A DNA stretch of 62,889 nt, filler included, from Octopus bimaculoides (GCF_001194135.2; 4 parts of 3 records of this genome joined end to end with filler, not necessarily neighbours in it), one strand, 5' to 3'. Shown: positions 27,605-39,428, counted from the first letter of the whole stretch. Notes: a model not told the origin generated them from the sequence alone. Made by a program: numbers and translations.

Positions 27605-28288
27605 CATTTCTATATCAATTTTGCGCATTAAACTAATACATTAATTTTCATTTTGTCTTTTTTATTGTTATTTTGATATTTTGCCTCTACACTTCTGCAT
27701 ACATGTCTGTATATGTGCATATATGCATGCGCGTGCGTGTGTGTGTGCGTGTATATATATATATATATATAACGAATAATAATTAGCATTGTCTAAATTG
27801 CCTCAAACTGCTATTAACGTCTAGAGATACCATCCCATGTTGGTGACACATGCTCATTAAGCACTGGTTATATAATCTGACGAAATGATCGTCAGCTCTA
27901 GAGTCACTAATACCCAATATATATGCATAACCCGCTGGCGCTTTATGACGTCATTGGTTGTTTGGCCATTGTTATACTACGTCAGTCGGACTGATATATA
28001 TATATATATATATANNNNNNNNNNNNNNNNNNNNNNNNNNNNNNNNNNNNNNNNNNNNNNNNNNNNNNNNNNNNNNNNNNNNNNNNNNNNNNNNNNNNNN
28101 NNNNNNNNNNNNNNNNNNNNNNNNNNNNNNNNNNNNNNNNNNNNNNNNNNNNNNNNNNNNNNNNNNNNNNNNNNNNNNNNNNNNNNNNNNNNNNNNNNNN
28201 NNNNNNNNNNNNNNNNNNNNNNNNNNNNNNNNNNNNNNNNNNNNNNNNNNNNNNNNNNNNNNNNNNNNNNNNNNNNNNNNNNNATATA

Positions 28289-28795
28289 TGGTCACTCCAT
28301 TAATAATGCGGTTTTTTTCAATTGCATGAACTAAAAGTCGGAGGGGGACGGGATAAGTTACCTGCATCAACTTGCTATAAAAGCAGGTAGTAATTATACC
28401 TTGTACTTATTCTTTGTGCTTGTTTTGAAGAGTGCAGTTCAATTTTAGCAGTTATTTTATCAAAGCTATAATGGAAGTGACAAAGGAGCATATTTAGCAT
28501 ATTTTGCTTTATGAGTTCAATAAAAGCAACAACGCAACAGAAAGTGCAAGGAATATTAATGCAGTAAATGGGGATTGAACAATAAGCGTAAGCTAGTGTC
28601 AACAGTGGTTCCAGAAGTTCCGAGCCAGAAATTACAGCCTAGAAGACGAGCCTCGTCCTGGAAGATCTTTAGACTCGACGAGGATGTCCTGCAAACCCTG
28701 GTGGAAAACAAACCCATCGTAACTGTTGAGGAACAAGCAGAGAAGCTTGAATTTGGTAATTCAAACATTCATTGACTCCTGCGTTTCATCGGAAA
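28289..28795 (+). mobile_element. mariner (Tc1/mariner) element 5' end with decayed transposase N-terminus, truncated by a gap
   Basis: TA followed by TIR-like tggtcactccattaataatgcggtttt. From ATG 28471: MEVTKEHI*HILLYEFNKSNNATESARNINAVNGD*TISVS*CQQWFQKFRARNYSLEDEPRPGR / LDEDVLQTLVENKPIVTVEEQAEKL, the classic mariner paired HTH region. Confidence 0.9.
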
Positions 28796-29451
28796 NNNNN
28801 NNNNNNNNNNNNNNNNNNNNNNNNNNNNNNNNNNNNNNNNNNNNNNNNNNNNNNNNNNNNNNNNNNNNNNNNNNNNNNNNNNNNNNNNNNNNNNNNNNNN
28901 NNNNNNNNNNNNNNNNNNNNNNNNNNNNNNNNNNNNNNNNNNNNNNNNNNNNNNNNNNNNNNNNNNNNNNNNNNNNNNNNNNNNNNNNNNNNNNNNNNNN
29001 NNNNNNNNNNNNNNNNNNNNNNNNNNNNNNNNNNNNNNNNNNNNNNNNNNNNNNNNNNNNNNNNNNNNNNNNNNNNNNNNNNNNNNNNNNNNNNNNNNNN
29101 NNNNNNNNNNNNNNNNNNNNNNNNNNNNNNNNNNNNNNNNNNNNNNNNNNNNNNNNNNNNNNNNNNNNNNNNNNNNNNNNNNNNNNNNNNNNNNNNNNNN
29201 NNNNNNNNNNNNNNNNNNNNNNNNNNNNNNNNNNNNNNNNNNNNNNNNNNNNNNNNNNNNNNNNNNNNNNNNNNNNNNNNNNNNNNNNNNNNNNNNNNNN
29301 NNNNNNNNNNNNNNNNNNNNNNNNNNNNNNNNNNNNNNNNNNNNNNNNNNNNNNNNNNNNNNNNNNNNNNNNNNNNNNNNNNNNNNNNNNNNNNNNNNNN
29401 NNNNNNNNNNNNNNNNNNNNNNNNNNNNNNNNNNNNNNNNNNNNNNNNNNN

Positions 29452-29510
<59 letters not shown>

Positions 29511-29949
29511 TATTGGGGAACGCTAAAATAAGTGTGATATTGACAGTCACGAAGTAGTGCTCAAATAAATCCAAAGTTTCAGTTCGAACTCTCTCATCCA
29601 GAGTAGGTGACACGCTTGTAGAAATTCGACTATAAGAACGATCTTCGTCGGTAATGGAAGTATAAAAACTGCAGATAAACAAAAGTAGGCGTAAGGAGTG
29701 TATTTGAATGGGAGATTACGAATACAAATGTACAGAAATGATATAAAAATCTTATGTATGATATATATGTAAGTATGTATGTATGTATTATCACGGACAT
29801 AGATAATAATGCTTCTTTGAGGTAAACTCATGTAAACAGAGAACAAATACATATATTCACTTCATCAGCAGGGCACCAAAGAGATATTTGCTCGGTGTCG
29901 ATTCGTTTACATATATTCGTGACTGACGACGTAAATCTCAATAAATATA

Positions 29950-30184
29950 TTGGGTTGGTGCATAGTAATTGCGGCTTTCTTCCAGCAAATTTTATTCGAC
30001 AAAAATGATAACAATATTTAACAAAAACATCTTTAAATGACAGTCTGACCGTCTCCCAAGCAAATGCGAAGCAGTAATTGAAGTAGATGGTGAATATGCT
30101 CCGGAATAATCATTTAAAGTTGTTTTTGTTACATGTTGTTAATGTTTTTGTTGAATAAGCCGCAATAATTATGCACCAACCCAA
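29950..30184. mobile_element. mariner-type MITE, 235 bp, TA-flanked
   Basis: 26-bp TIRs ttgggttggtgcatagtaattgcggc / gccgcaataattatgcaccaacccaa (2 mismatches), with TA on both sides (29948-49, 30185-86). Confidence 0.88.
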
Positions 30185-30187
30185 TAT

Positions 30188-30287
30188 NNNNNNNNNNNNN
30201 NNNNNNNNNNNNNNNNNNNNNNNNNNNNNNNTTAATTAATTAANNNNNNNNNNNNNNNNNNNNNNNNNNNNNNNNNNNNNNNNNNNN
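30188..30287. other. Artificial 100-bp contig spacer (N44-TTAATTAATTAA-N44)
   Basis: Identical layout at 30188-30287, 53073-53172 and 60605-60704; the 12-mer has stops in all six frames. Confidence 0.95.
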
Positions 30288-30535
30288 TGGTAACGAAAGG
30301 GTTAATAGAGAAAATTATTAGGAATTGTAGAAAAAAAAGTAATAAATAAAAATATTGTGTATTGTAAAAGTTATAAGCAATTTATTGCAGATAAATGTTA
30401 ACAGAATCTTATGAGCCCCCACCACCACACTGAGGGCCATATGGATCCTGGTGGAGACCCACTGTTTTAGATGAACAGGACCCAATGGGTAAAAAGATCA
30501 CATCTTGCTCCAGTTTCAGTTTTGGCAAGATTTCT

Positions 30536-30769
30536 TAACCACGGGCATATGGCGTAGTGGTTAAGAGCATGGGCTACTAACCCCAAGATTCCGAGTTTGA
30601 TTCCAGCAGTGACCTGAATAATAACAACATCGAGAACTACTTTAGGAATGAGAACCCAGGTTTGAAATTTCCCCAAGACACCTGATGAAGGCTGGAGGGT
30701 ATATCAGCCGAAACTTTGTGTTAACAACAAACAAGATGAGGACAAATATCCGTCAATTGCAAATAATGT
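30536..30769 (+). mobile_element. tRNA-headed SINE carrying a hammerhead motif in its 3' half; 9-bp TSD
   Basis: A box TGGCGTAGTGG 30550-30560, B-box-like GTTTGATTCC 30595-30604, hammerhead core at 30682, and aagatttct at 30527-30535 and 30770-30778. Confidence 0.85.
30677..30722 (+). ncRNA. Minimal type-I hammerhead ribozyme motif inside the SINE
   Basis: GACAC-CTGATGA-a-GGCTG gagggtatat CAGCC-GAAAC t T T-GTGTT: 5-bp stem I (one G-U), 5-bp stem II. Stem III reads ACTT where a palindromic ACGT would be expected, so this copy may be inactive. Confidence 0.7.
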
Positions 30770-31621
30770 AAGATTTCTATTGTTGCCTTCCCTAATGCCA
30801 ACCACTCTACAGACCACTGGGTACTTTTTAACAGGCACCAACATTAGAAAAGTCACTTTGTAGCTGCAAAGAGTGGAGAACCCCATATAAAATAGGACGA
30901 GAGGGTGTTAATGGAGGTACCAAAAGACGTTCAAAGAAAAGAGTAATAGAAGGGTAAAGTTTAGAGAGATTTAGTGATGGGGGGGGGGTAGCAGCACAAG
31001 ATCACATTACATATGGAAGGAGATAAAGAGGATGGTAACAAGGAGAAAGAGTGTATCAAGATAGTGTGTCCATGGTGAAGAAGAGAGAGCAGCGACAGGG
31101 GGTGAATGGAGATGCTAGGAATGATGGAAAGCGGTCTGTAGCAAGAGGAGCGTGATGTGGGTCACACATGTAAAAACTCCAGCCTCCATCACAACCACTT
31201 TGCTTGCACAAGCAGACAGATCTTCAACAGTGAATCAGTGCGCAGTTGACTACAAATGAATCCCCCCAGTACCACAAAGTGTAAGGGAGGGGCCATCAGA
31301 ATCGATCGTCATTTCTCATCATATTCACTGTCGAGAATTCCAAAGATGCAGTGAAATTCTATCTGCAACCAGAGTCACTGATGTACAAGCCATCACAAAA
31401 GAAACTAAATCTATCAAGGTGTGTTCAATGCAGTTGTCTTGGTGTCCATAACACCACCTCCAATCAAGTACAAGTCAAAGCTAAATAATATTAAAATACT
31501 GGCATATTTATTTTAAGATGCTCTGTGTTTCCTTTAATTAATTTTAGTTCTGTGATGCAAATGATCTTATGGTTTGCAATACTAACTTCAGCAAGCCTGC
31601 CAGTCACTGGTAGACACACTA

Positions 31622-32247
31622 GCCAAACTGACTAGATCCTCGCCAGAAAAAGGGAAAGTTGGCTGCTTATAAATGCCAAAACCTTCCCAGGTGAAGAATG
31701 TACCCCACAACATAGACTAATAGTTAGCGACTTCAGGATCAGGGCTTAAATGGATGCCCAGAAAACGACCAGCATGGAGAAGAAGGTTCTGGAAGCTTAA
31801 AGATCCTTCAAATGGACAGAGATTTAGAGACGTGTTACTCAAAGCCTTTGACAAAATAGAGGGAGATATAGCATCACATGATGTGGAAGACAGCTGGAGG
31901 TTTCTACGGGACAACCTGCTGAGAGCCACTGACCAGATCTGTGGATGATGCAAAGTTCCCTCTCGACCCAAAGTAATATGGTGGTGGAACAATGTGGTTG
32001 ACAGGGCTATTAGAGAAAAGAAACCGGCTTGGAAGGATTGGAAGAACAGTGGTACTAGGAAATTGTATCAGACTGCCAGGAGGGAAGCAAGGAGACAGGT
32101 TTATTTAGCCAGACATGGAGAAAGCCTTATCTGGTGGTCAACGAGGAAACCAGGGATAGATGAATGGTTAGTGAGAGCTGTGCAAGTCATGTACAGGGAT
32201 GCTGTCAGTAAGGTGAGGGTTGGCAACAAGTATACTGAAGAATTCCG
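31622..32247 (+). mobile_element. RTE-clade LINE fragment (end of endonuclease, linker, start of RT) with internal deletion
   Basis: QTD*ILARKRESWLLINAKTFPGEECTPQHRLIVSDF ... VEDSWRFLRDNLLRATDQICG ... WWWNNVVDRAIREKK ... YLAR|HGESLIWWSTRKPGIDEWLVRAVQVMYRDAVSKVRVGNKYTEEF. Confidence 0.88.
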
Positions 32248-32389
32248 GATCTTTCTGATTTGGCGGACACCATTTTTTATTTAGTGTGTTTTCTACCAAA
32301 ACACTTAAAAACTTCGTATACTTGTATACTTTGTCTTATAGAACAGAGAAAAATTTTTATTTCGGTAATTTCAACCAATCACGTCAGTG

Positions 32390-33067
32390 ATTGGTAAATT
32401 TTTACATGTGCAGCCCCCCACGCGGTGGGATGCAAACAGTAGTAATTGTTTTCACCACAATAAGGTGAAAACAATTACTACTGTGGATTGTCAACAGCAC
32501 GTTGTGGCGGTGTAATGGGATCTTTTCCCTAGAATAAAATTAGTGCCGTTGTTTGTCAACAACTATCGGCGGCACTGTTATTTATGACATCGTTCGTACG
32601 TTTGTACTGGTTTCAGGGTTAGGAGTACTTTTGCCAAATTTGGTGAAAATCTGTTCAATACACCGCCACAAATTTTTCACCAAATTTAGCACTCATAACC
32701 CAAGGTCTATAGAAGGCATTTGCCTACGGTGCCATGCGGTGTGTTTACCATACACCAATGCCTGCGTGTGCTTGTGTGTATAGTTGACACACACACACAA
32801 GTATGTCTGTGCCATTCTCTCTCTCTTTGATCTCGATCTCTACAAAAGAAGTAATGGTGCTCCTTTGACTGAAACACAAACATGGCAACAGAATTTCGAG
32901 ACAAGATTTGATTTCAAATAAATATTAAGCCCATCACAAACGAAAGATAAAAGATCGTTAAAAAGGGAATACAATTGCATTGATGCTTAATAAACTATTT
33001 TTAAAGCTTAAAGAGGTTTGCATCAAACCACTCCGCGTGGGGGCTGCACATGTAAAAATTTACCAAT
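32390..33067. mobile_element. Non-autonomous TIR element (~680 bp) with an internal perfect hairpin
   Basis: attggtaaatttttacatgtgcagccccccacgcgg..gatgcaaac (32390-32437) inverted against gtttgcatc..ccgcgtgggggctgcacatgtaaaaatttaccaat (33016-33067); 21-bp perfect stem at 32436-32484. Confidence 0.75.
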
Positions 33068-33845
33068 ATTGTCCCTGGACAATTATAATTTCACGGTAGA
33101 TTATAAACGGGATATTAATCGTAATTACAATCTCTCATTTATGAATTGAATTAATTTTAATTCCAAACTTTCGTCGTTAATTATACAGATGCACGATTAA
33201 CATCTATAAAATTAAATGTTAATTAAACTTAGCTAATTAAATAACTATACAAGTAAACATACAAAATAAAAAATTTGAATCCTTTAAGTATCTTTTCTAA
33301 ATTCAAACTAAAATATTTAATAAGGATCAAACTGGAACATCAGAGGATTGCGAGATGAAATATTGTGGTTTTACTAAATAATCGCCGAGATTTAAACTAT
33401 CGTTCGGTTAAAATTTAAAAAAAACTGCTTTATAAGAGGCACTCTCAAGTTTATAACTTTATGAGTGAAATATCCGAGGAATAATTAAACACAATTCAAC
33501 GTGGGACGAAGTAACACGTGAGACATTGTAGAAATACTTATCACAATATGCTCGGATTTAAATATCGATTTTCGAGAGAAATAAACGATTGAAAATGTTA
33601 GAAAACGAAGGGATACTTAGATTGAAGAATAAGTTAACTAAATGAAACGTTTTTACTACATGAAATAACGCAATAACATCGATGGAGATGGATTTTCAGA
33701 AACATATCAGCTTACCTTCTTCACAATTCTACAGCGATGGCGGAAAAGGGGGAAATAAGCAAGAGTAACAGGAAGAAAAGAAAGAGTTACCTCAAGGGAG
33801 GTAATAGGAAATTCTAGGCGTGTACACATGCACTCCCTCCCTCTC

Positions 33846-33880
<35 letters not shown>

Positions 33881-34649
33881 NNNNNNNNNNNNNNNNNNNN
33901 NNNNNNNNNNNNNNNNNNNNNNNNNNNNNNNNNNNNNNNNNNNNNNNNNNNNNNNNNNNNNNNNNNNNNNNNNNNNNNNNNNNNNNNNNNNNNNNNNNNN
34001 NNNNNNNNNNNNNNNNNNNNNNNNNNNNNNNNNNNNNNNNNNNNNNNNNNNNNNNNNNNNNNNNNNNNNNNNNNTATATATATATATATATATATTCTTT
34101 TATTCTTTTACTTGTTTCAGTCATTTGACTGCAGCCATGCTGGAGCACCGCTAAGAAGGGCTTTTAATCGAACAAATCAATCCTAGGACTTATTTTTAAA
34201 GCCTAGTACTTATTCTATCGCTTGCTTTTGCTGAACCTCTAGCTTACGAGGACGTAAACACACTAACATCGGTTGTCAATCGGTGATGGGAACACACACA
34301 CACAAATCTTTGGGTGCAGATCCAGGGCCTCCCGAGACCGACAGATTCCTACTACTATATATATATATATACGATGGGCTTCTTTCAGTTTCCGTCTGCT
34401 AAATCTAATCGTAAGTAGATTTTGTCGGCCCCGGGCTATAGAAGGCACTTGCCCGAGGTGGGACAGAATCCAGAACCTTGTGGGCCGGAAGCAAGTTCCT
34501 TCTCACACAACCATATTATAGAGATGTACTTTAATTGCAGCTACTTTGATCTGAGATTGAGTTATGAAACTAAAACGGTTGCAGCGTGGAATACACTCGT
34601 TAGCCATTGCAAATCACACAAAGACTGTTAACTTAACTTATATAAATCA

Positions 34650-35260
34650 ACATTCATTTTCCATGCTGGCATGGGTTGGACAGTTTGACCAGAACTGGCA
34701 AACAGTAGAGCTGCATCAGGTTCCAGTCTGATTTGGCACAGTTTCTATGGCTGGATGCCCTTCCAAATGCCAACCACCTAGCAGAGTGTGATGGGTGTTT
34801 TTTACGTGGCACCGGCATGGGACTCTTATAGGCAAAAACCCCTTCATCTAGGCATTAGCACATCTGTTGTGGTGGGCAGGTCTCCTTGTATACAGCAAAG
34901 CACCAGATAACCTTTTTAAGGCTCAGTGTCCTGAGACCAGCCTTTAATGCTTTGTCCTATGTCTTGGGTCTCCCATTTCCACTAGTTCTATCCACTTCTT
35001 TATGCAGCTGTTTCCATCCATCCACATCACATGACCAAACCAGCACAGTCTTCTCTCTTGCACACAGCATCTAATTCCTCTTATGCCTAACTTCTCTCTC
35101 AATATACTAACACTCTGTCACACTTGTACACTGACTTTGTACATCCAATGGAGCATACTAACTTCATTCCTCTCTTGGCTTCACATGTCCTCTCTATTCA
35201 GGGCCTGCATCTCACTACTATGTAGAATTGCTATATACATGCATTTTCCTTCCATTCAGA
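34650..35260 (-). mobile_element. RTE LINE 3' fragment (C-terminal ORF plus 3'UTR)
   Basis: The minus strand gives SMLHWMYKVSV...SILREKLGIRGIRCCVQERRLCWFGHVMWMD, followed by the ggcatccagccatagaaac...caacccatgccagcatggaa tail. Confidence 0.85.
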
Positions 35261-35589
35261 AAGAACTCAGAATGGCCAGTGACATATACTCGAACACCAT
35301 AGACTAATATGGGTATATTAGATACCATACAACATTTGATTTATTAAAATTATCCCTGCCTCTAGGGATGCGTCACAATACACATACATACACATAAATA
35401 TATGGTTGGCCTTTGTGCCCTTGGTCAAGGTATTTGGACAGACACTTAACCACCTTTGCTGTCTGGACTGTATCCAGAAGCAGATACCTAGCCCCAAGTA
35501 CACTCACCACCTCTCCACTTATAGATGTGTCACAAAAGAAAGGTGAGTCAATAAGTTTGCCCAGAGTTTGCCAGTTGTCGGTTATATAT

Positions 35590-35885
35590 AACCAGACACC
35601 TTTTGTTGATTTGGCAAAGCTTTTGACAGGGTACCACACCCAGCAGTTTGTTGGTCATTGAGGAAACTAGATGTAAATAAATGGCTTGTGAGGGCTGTAC
35701 ATGGTTTTGGCAAGCAACAACAAGGATTTCAGCAACTAATGTAGCATGAAGGGAGGAGTCCTCACCCCCCGTCCTCCTGTTCATCATTGTACCAGAGGTC
35801 ATCACAGATGAGTTTAAGACTGGTGGTCAATGGCAACTCCTATCGGCTGATGATAAAGCGCTCATAACTGACTCTATAGAGGAAT
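35590..35885 (+). mobile_element. RTE reverse transcriptase fragment
   Basis: FVDLAK/AFDRVP...WSLRKLDVNKWLVRAV ... GGVL.P.LFIIVPEVITDEFKTGGQWQLLSADD (decayed YADD). Confidence 0.85.
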
Positions 35886-36270
35886 TCATCATCATCATCA
35901 TCGTTTAACGTCCGCTTTCCATGCTGGCATGGGTTGGACGGTTTGACTGGGGACTGGCAAGCCAGAAGGCTGCACCAGTCTCCAATCTAATCTAGCAATG
36001 TTTCTACTGCTGGATGCCCTTCCTAATGCCAACCACTCCAAGGGTGTAATGGGTGCTTTTTATGTGCCACTGGTGTGGGAGCCAGTCAGGTGGCACTGGC
36101 ATCAGCCATGCTCAGATGGTGCTTTTTATGTGCTATCGGCACAGGGGCCAGTTGGGGCAGGGATAGGGGTAGGGGTGGCATTGACCACGTTCAGAAGGTG
36201 TTTTTTACGTGTCACCAGCATAGGGAGCCAGTCAGGTGGCACTGGCAACGGCCACAACTACAATTTCCAT
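35886..36270 (-). mobile_element. RTE-type 3'-end element with (GAT)n tail and internal direct repeats
   Basis: catcatcatcgtttaacgtccgctttccatgctggcatgggttggacgg...ggatgcccttcctaatgccaacc; gggagccagtcaggtggcactggca occurs twice. Related copies at 53895, 56478 and many in 41.7-50.6 kb. Confidence 0.8.
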
Positions 36271-36299
36271 TTTTAATTGTGATTTGATTTTTGATTTTG

Positions 36300-36830
36300 A
36301 ATTAGAGATGAAATTCTGAACATGGAAACTTAATCTAGAACTGAAAGGTCTTAAAGCAAACTTAGCAAAGGCAAAGGCTTTAGTAAATGAGGTATCCTTA
36401 GGAGGTGGCAGTGCCCACTTTGAGAACCTATGCCTTAGAGCAAAGGTAGATTGCTTGATGTGTTAGAACTGCAGTGATGTACAGTGGTGAATGCAGAGGA
36501 TTTGAGAAGATGAAGCAAGCATGCTGTGCTGGATGTGCAATGTAAATGCAGATGAAAGAGGTAGCATAAATATGGTGTGAGAAAATTGGACAAAAGTGGA
36601 ACCAGGTGTAGTGTGCAAAAATGAAGATTGCGCTGGTGTGTATATGTAAAGCATGTGGCAGTCCTTAAAAGTGGATGGGACTTAATAAAGAGGAAGGCTT
36701 GGGTGGACATGGGACGTGGGGTGTGGCAGTGAAGACTGGTCACAAGACCTTGAATCTCACAGAGGAGATGACAGAGGACTGAGATGGCTAACAATATGCT
36801 GTTCTTGAGAAGACCTACCAACATTAGCAT
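36300..36830 (+). mobile_element. Decayed RTE LINE 3' fragment
   Basis: ctagaactgaaaggtcttaaagcaaacttagcaaag (LExKGLKxNLAK) and agcatgctgtgctggatgtgcaatg (SMLxWMCN), ending gctgttcttgagaagacc. Confidence 0.7.
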
Positions 36831-37202
36831 TACTGAGCTCAAACAGAGATGTGTGTGTGTGGAGGGGTGCACATTTGGGTCCTCTGTCCAGTTCCCTACA
36901 AAAGCTCACGCATTTTAGAGGAGAGGGGCAAGCTGTAAATTGGAGATGCAGAGTCAAAGTGAACTATGAAGGTATAAGGTGGGTAGGAATGAGTGGGGGG
37001 TGGGGTTCAGGGATGAGTGGGAGGGGGGTGTAAGGGATGTCTGGTGCAGACAGCAAAATAAAGATGATGACAGTGTAAATAGGGGGATGAAAGAAAGAGA
37101 GAGAGAGAGGTGACATGCAGTTGGGTAGGTTAAGGGAGAGAGAGAGAGAGAGAGATGGGCAGAGGCATAGATATGAAGAAGGGTGTTGTATGGAAGTGAG
37201 GG

Positions 37203-37741
37203 TGTATAATTTGGTGCCCAGAAGTTATCAACATGCCGGATTTCTATGGAGTGACCTTCTCTTTGATAAGCAACTAAAGAGCTGAAGGGCTGCCTCTGTC
37301 ATGGGGCCTGTTGAGGGCGGGGTCTCTGAGTGACCTTCTTCCAGAGCTAATTCTATGACATGCTAATTAACCCATAGTCTGAGACAGGAGTGAGGTCTTG
37401 CCTGCAACCATTTGCCAGGCATGAGACAACAGTGAGACTCTCGTTGGCAGCGACTCTTTAAGCAGGAGAATTAAGACATTCTTTCTCTTTCTTCCTTCTT
37501 GCTTACGCTGAGAAACACTGCAAAACTGGCAGCTCACAGAGGATTCTTATCCCACTCTAACTTCACCTGTTATCTCCAGAGGTATTGAACCTCATGTGTG
37601 CAGAGCTATAACGAACCATACGCTGCCATAAAGATGGTCACAGAGAACGAACAGCATGAACGAGAACTCAAAATAAATTAATAACTGAATTGTACTCCAC
37701 TTGTGAACTTCTTCTTCATGTTCCAGATCCTTAAGACTACA
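37203..37741 (+). mobile_element. Possible solo LTR
   Basis: Begins TGTA, ends TACA, has AATAAA about 65 bp from the 3' end and differs in composition from the flanks. No TSD found. Confidence 0.25.
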
Positions 37742-38845
37742 AAAATAATTATAATGGGAGGAGATACTCCACAGGTATTATAAACCCTCAATTCCATTAT
37801 AACCTTTTTTGGATATTGGATTTCATTGGTTGATGTTTCCAACTTCAGTGAATAATTTGGAAAGATGTATTTAAAACTTGGTCATATTCTTCAAAATAAA
37901 AAGAAAAACATCCAGTTAAGGACCAGTAACGTATTCAGAGTTAAAACATTTGTATTTCATTTAATTGTTTCTTATCCAAAGACTACATCTGATCTCTTTT
38001 CTCTGCTACTCTGGAGAATCTTAAACACATGTCTCCTTCCTCTATCATGATTCAGATTCTATTCTCTTCCAATCGCTGCTATTGTCTGCTTAAAGAGTAA
38101 ACTTCTACATGGAACCGCATAGATCTGCAGACGATGGCAACAGGTTCTCAGTCAGATCTCTTCCTATTGTTTCTAAAATCATGAAAGATGTATTTAGCAA
38201 CTAATGTAGACACATTGTTTACGACCATCTCGTGTTTCAGACAAAGCGCATCGAAGACTACATTATTCTATGTATCTATTTTAAAAGGGAGGTGGTGCTG
38301 TTATTTCTAGCGCATGAGGCGCCCTCCAAGAAGCTTCCTCGGTGAAATAGGGAACGAGAAGAGGCTTGCATAATTGTGATAACACACTCGATATTTTCAT
38401 TATAAGGAATTTATTTATTCTTTGCCCAGTCGATTCCACGAAATGGTCATCGTCCAAATCTCGGGTACGACGCCATCAAGAGTATAACTTCTAGTACGGT
38501 CATCCATAGAAAACGAAGACATACCATTAGTTCTCTGCTGTGACGCAGGTCAAATAAAATCTATAATAATGACAATAAGTGTATTTAAAGGATGTACCTC
38601 AAAAAGATCATGTTGAAATTCGATATTTTGAATTGTTACTAGTTCCAAATTATAATTTTTTTTTTTTTGCAAATGATTAATATATTTTATCATCATTTAA
38701 TTTTTTTCAGAAAATGACATTTTTTTTCTTTTGCTTCCACATAGAATAGAAAAAATTATAAATTTTATAATTTAACGCGAATTAATTTAGCAAAATCATT
38801 TAAGAAAAATACTATTTATAACTCAAATTGGCTTCCATACATAAT

Positions 38846-38945
38846 GTCACGTGATAGCTGTATGTGTGACACGATGAGTTCTGTTTCGTCACTTCCTGTT
38901 TATGGAAAATAAATAAATCTGAAAGCGGAAGTGACACTTAGGCGT
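38846..38945. promoter_or_regulatory. Housekeeping-type promoter of the RAD6 gene: E-box plus an inverted pair of ETS/GABP-like sites
   Basis: TCACGTGA 38847-38854; GTCACTTCC 38888-38896 and GGAAGTGAC 38927-38935 form a perfect 9-bp inverted pair; locally CpG-rich, about 1 kb upstream of the coding segment. Confidence 0.6.
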
Positions 38946-39136
38946 CATTATTGTTGACTTTGAGAACAAAGTTATTATTAACATTTATTAGAGGAAGACA
39001 AGACAAGACCAAACCCAGAAGATTATTTACTTAATTATATATATCTATATAACAGAAACAGCAACTGGTATTTTATGGGATCAGAACCGAACGGTTATCG
39101 GAAATGGCATAAATTTAATTGATGAATCGATTTCAA

Positions 39137-39428
39137 GTAAGGAAGTGGTGTCTCACCAAAACACCGTCTTGTTGAAGCAACATCCGTGTAGGTATAACAT
39201 AGCACATATTATTACATTATTACACATCGTATTTTCCATATTATCTACTGGCTTTATATGTATAGGTGTATATATATATAAGAAACAGTGTTTATATCTC
39301 TTTCTTTCTTTATATCTTTGCTCTCTTATTGAGAGGACAAATTAGAAATCTTCCTCTTAAAGGAAGTATTTTTTTCTTCTTTAAAAAGAGATATATAAAT
39401 CTGATTTATATTCTGTTTTTATTTGCAG
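39137..39428 (+). other. Probable 5'UTR intron of the RAD6 gene (292 bp)
   Basis: Donor CAA|GTAAGG at 39137 and acceptor ttctgtttttatttgcag| at 39428. Confidence 0.55.

Noticed and set aside
27878-27896. CTGACGA core as a hammerhead
   Set aside because: It pairs with the adjacent TCGTCAG as a simple 7-bp hairpin and has no downstream stem II/GAAA arrangement.
30232-30243. TTAATTAATTAA inside N runs (also 53117-53128 and 60649-60660) as a biological motif
   Set aside because: The identical 44N-12-44N layout with six-frame stops is an assembly linker. It also means order and linkage across these points are unproven.
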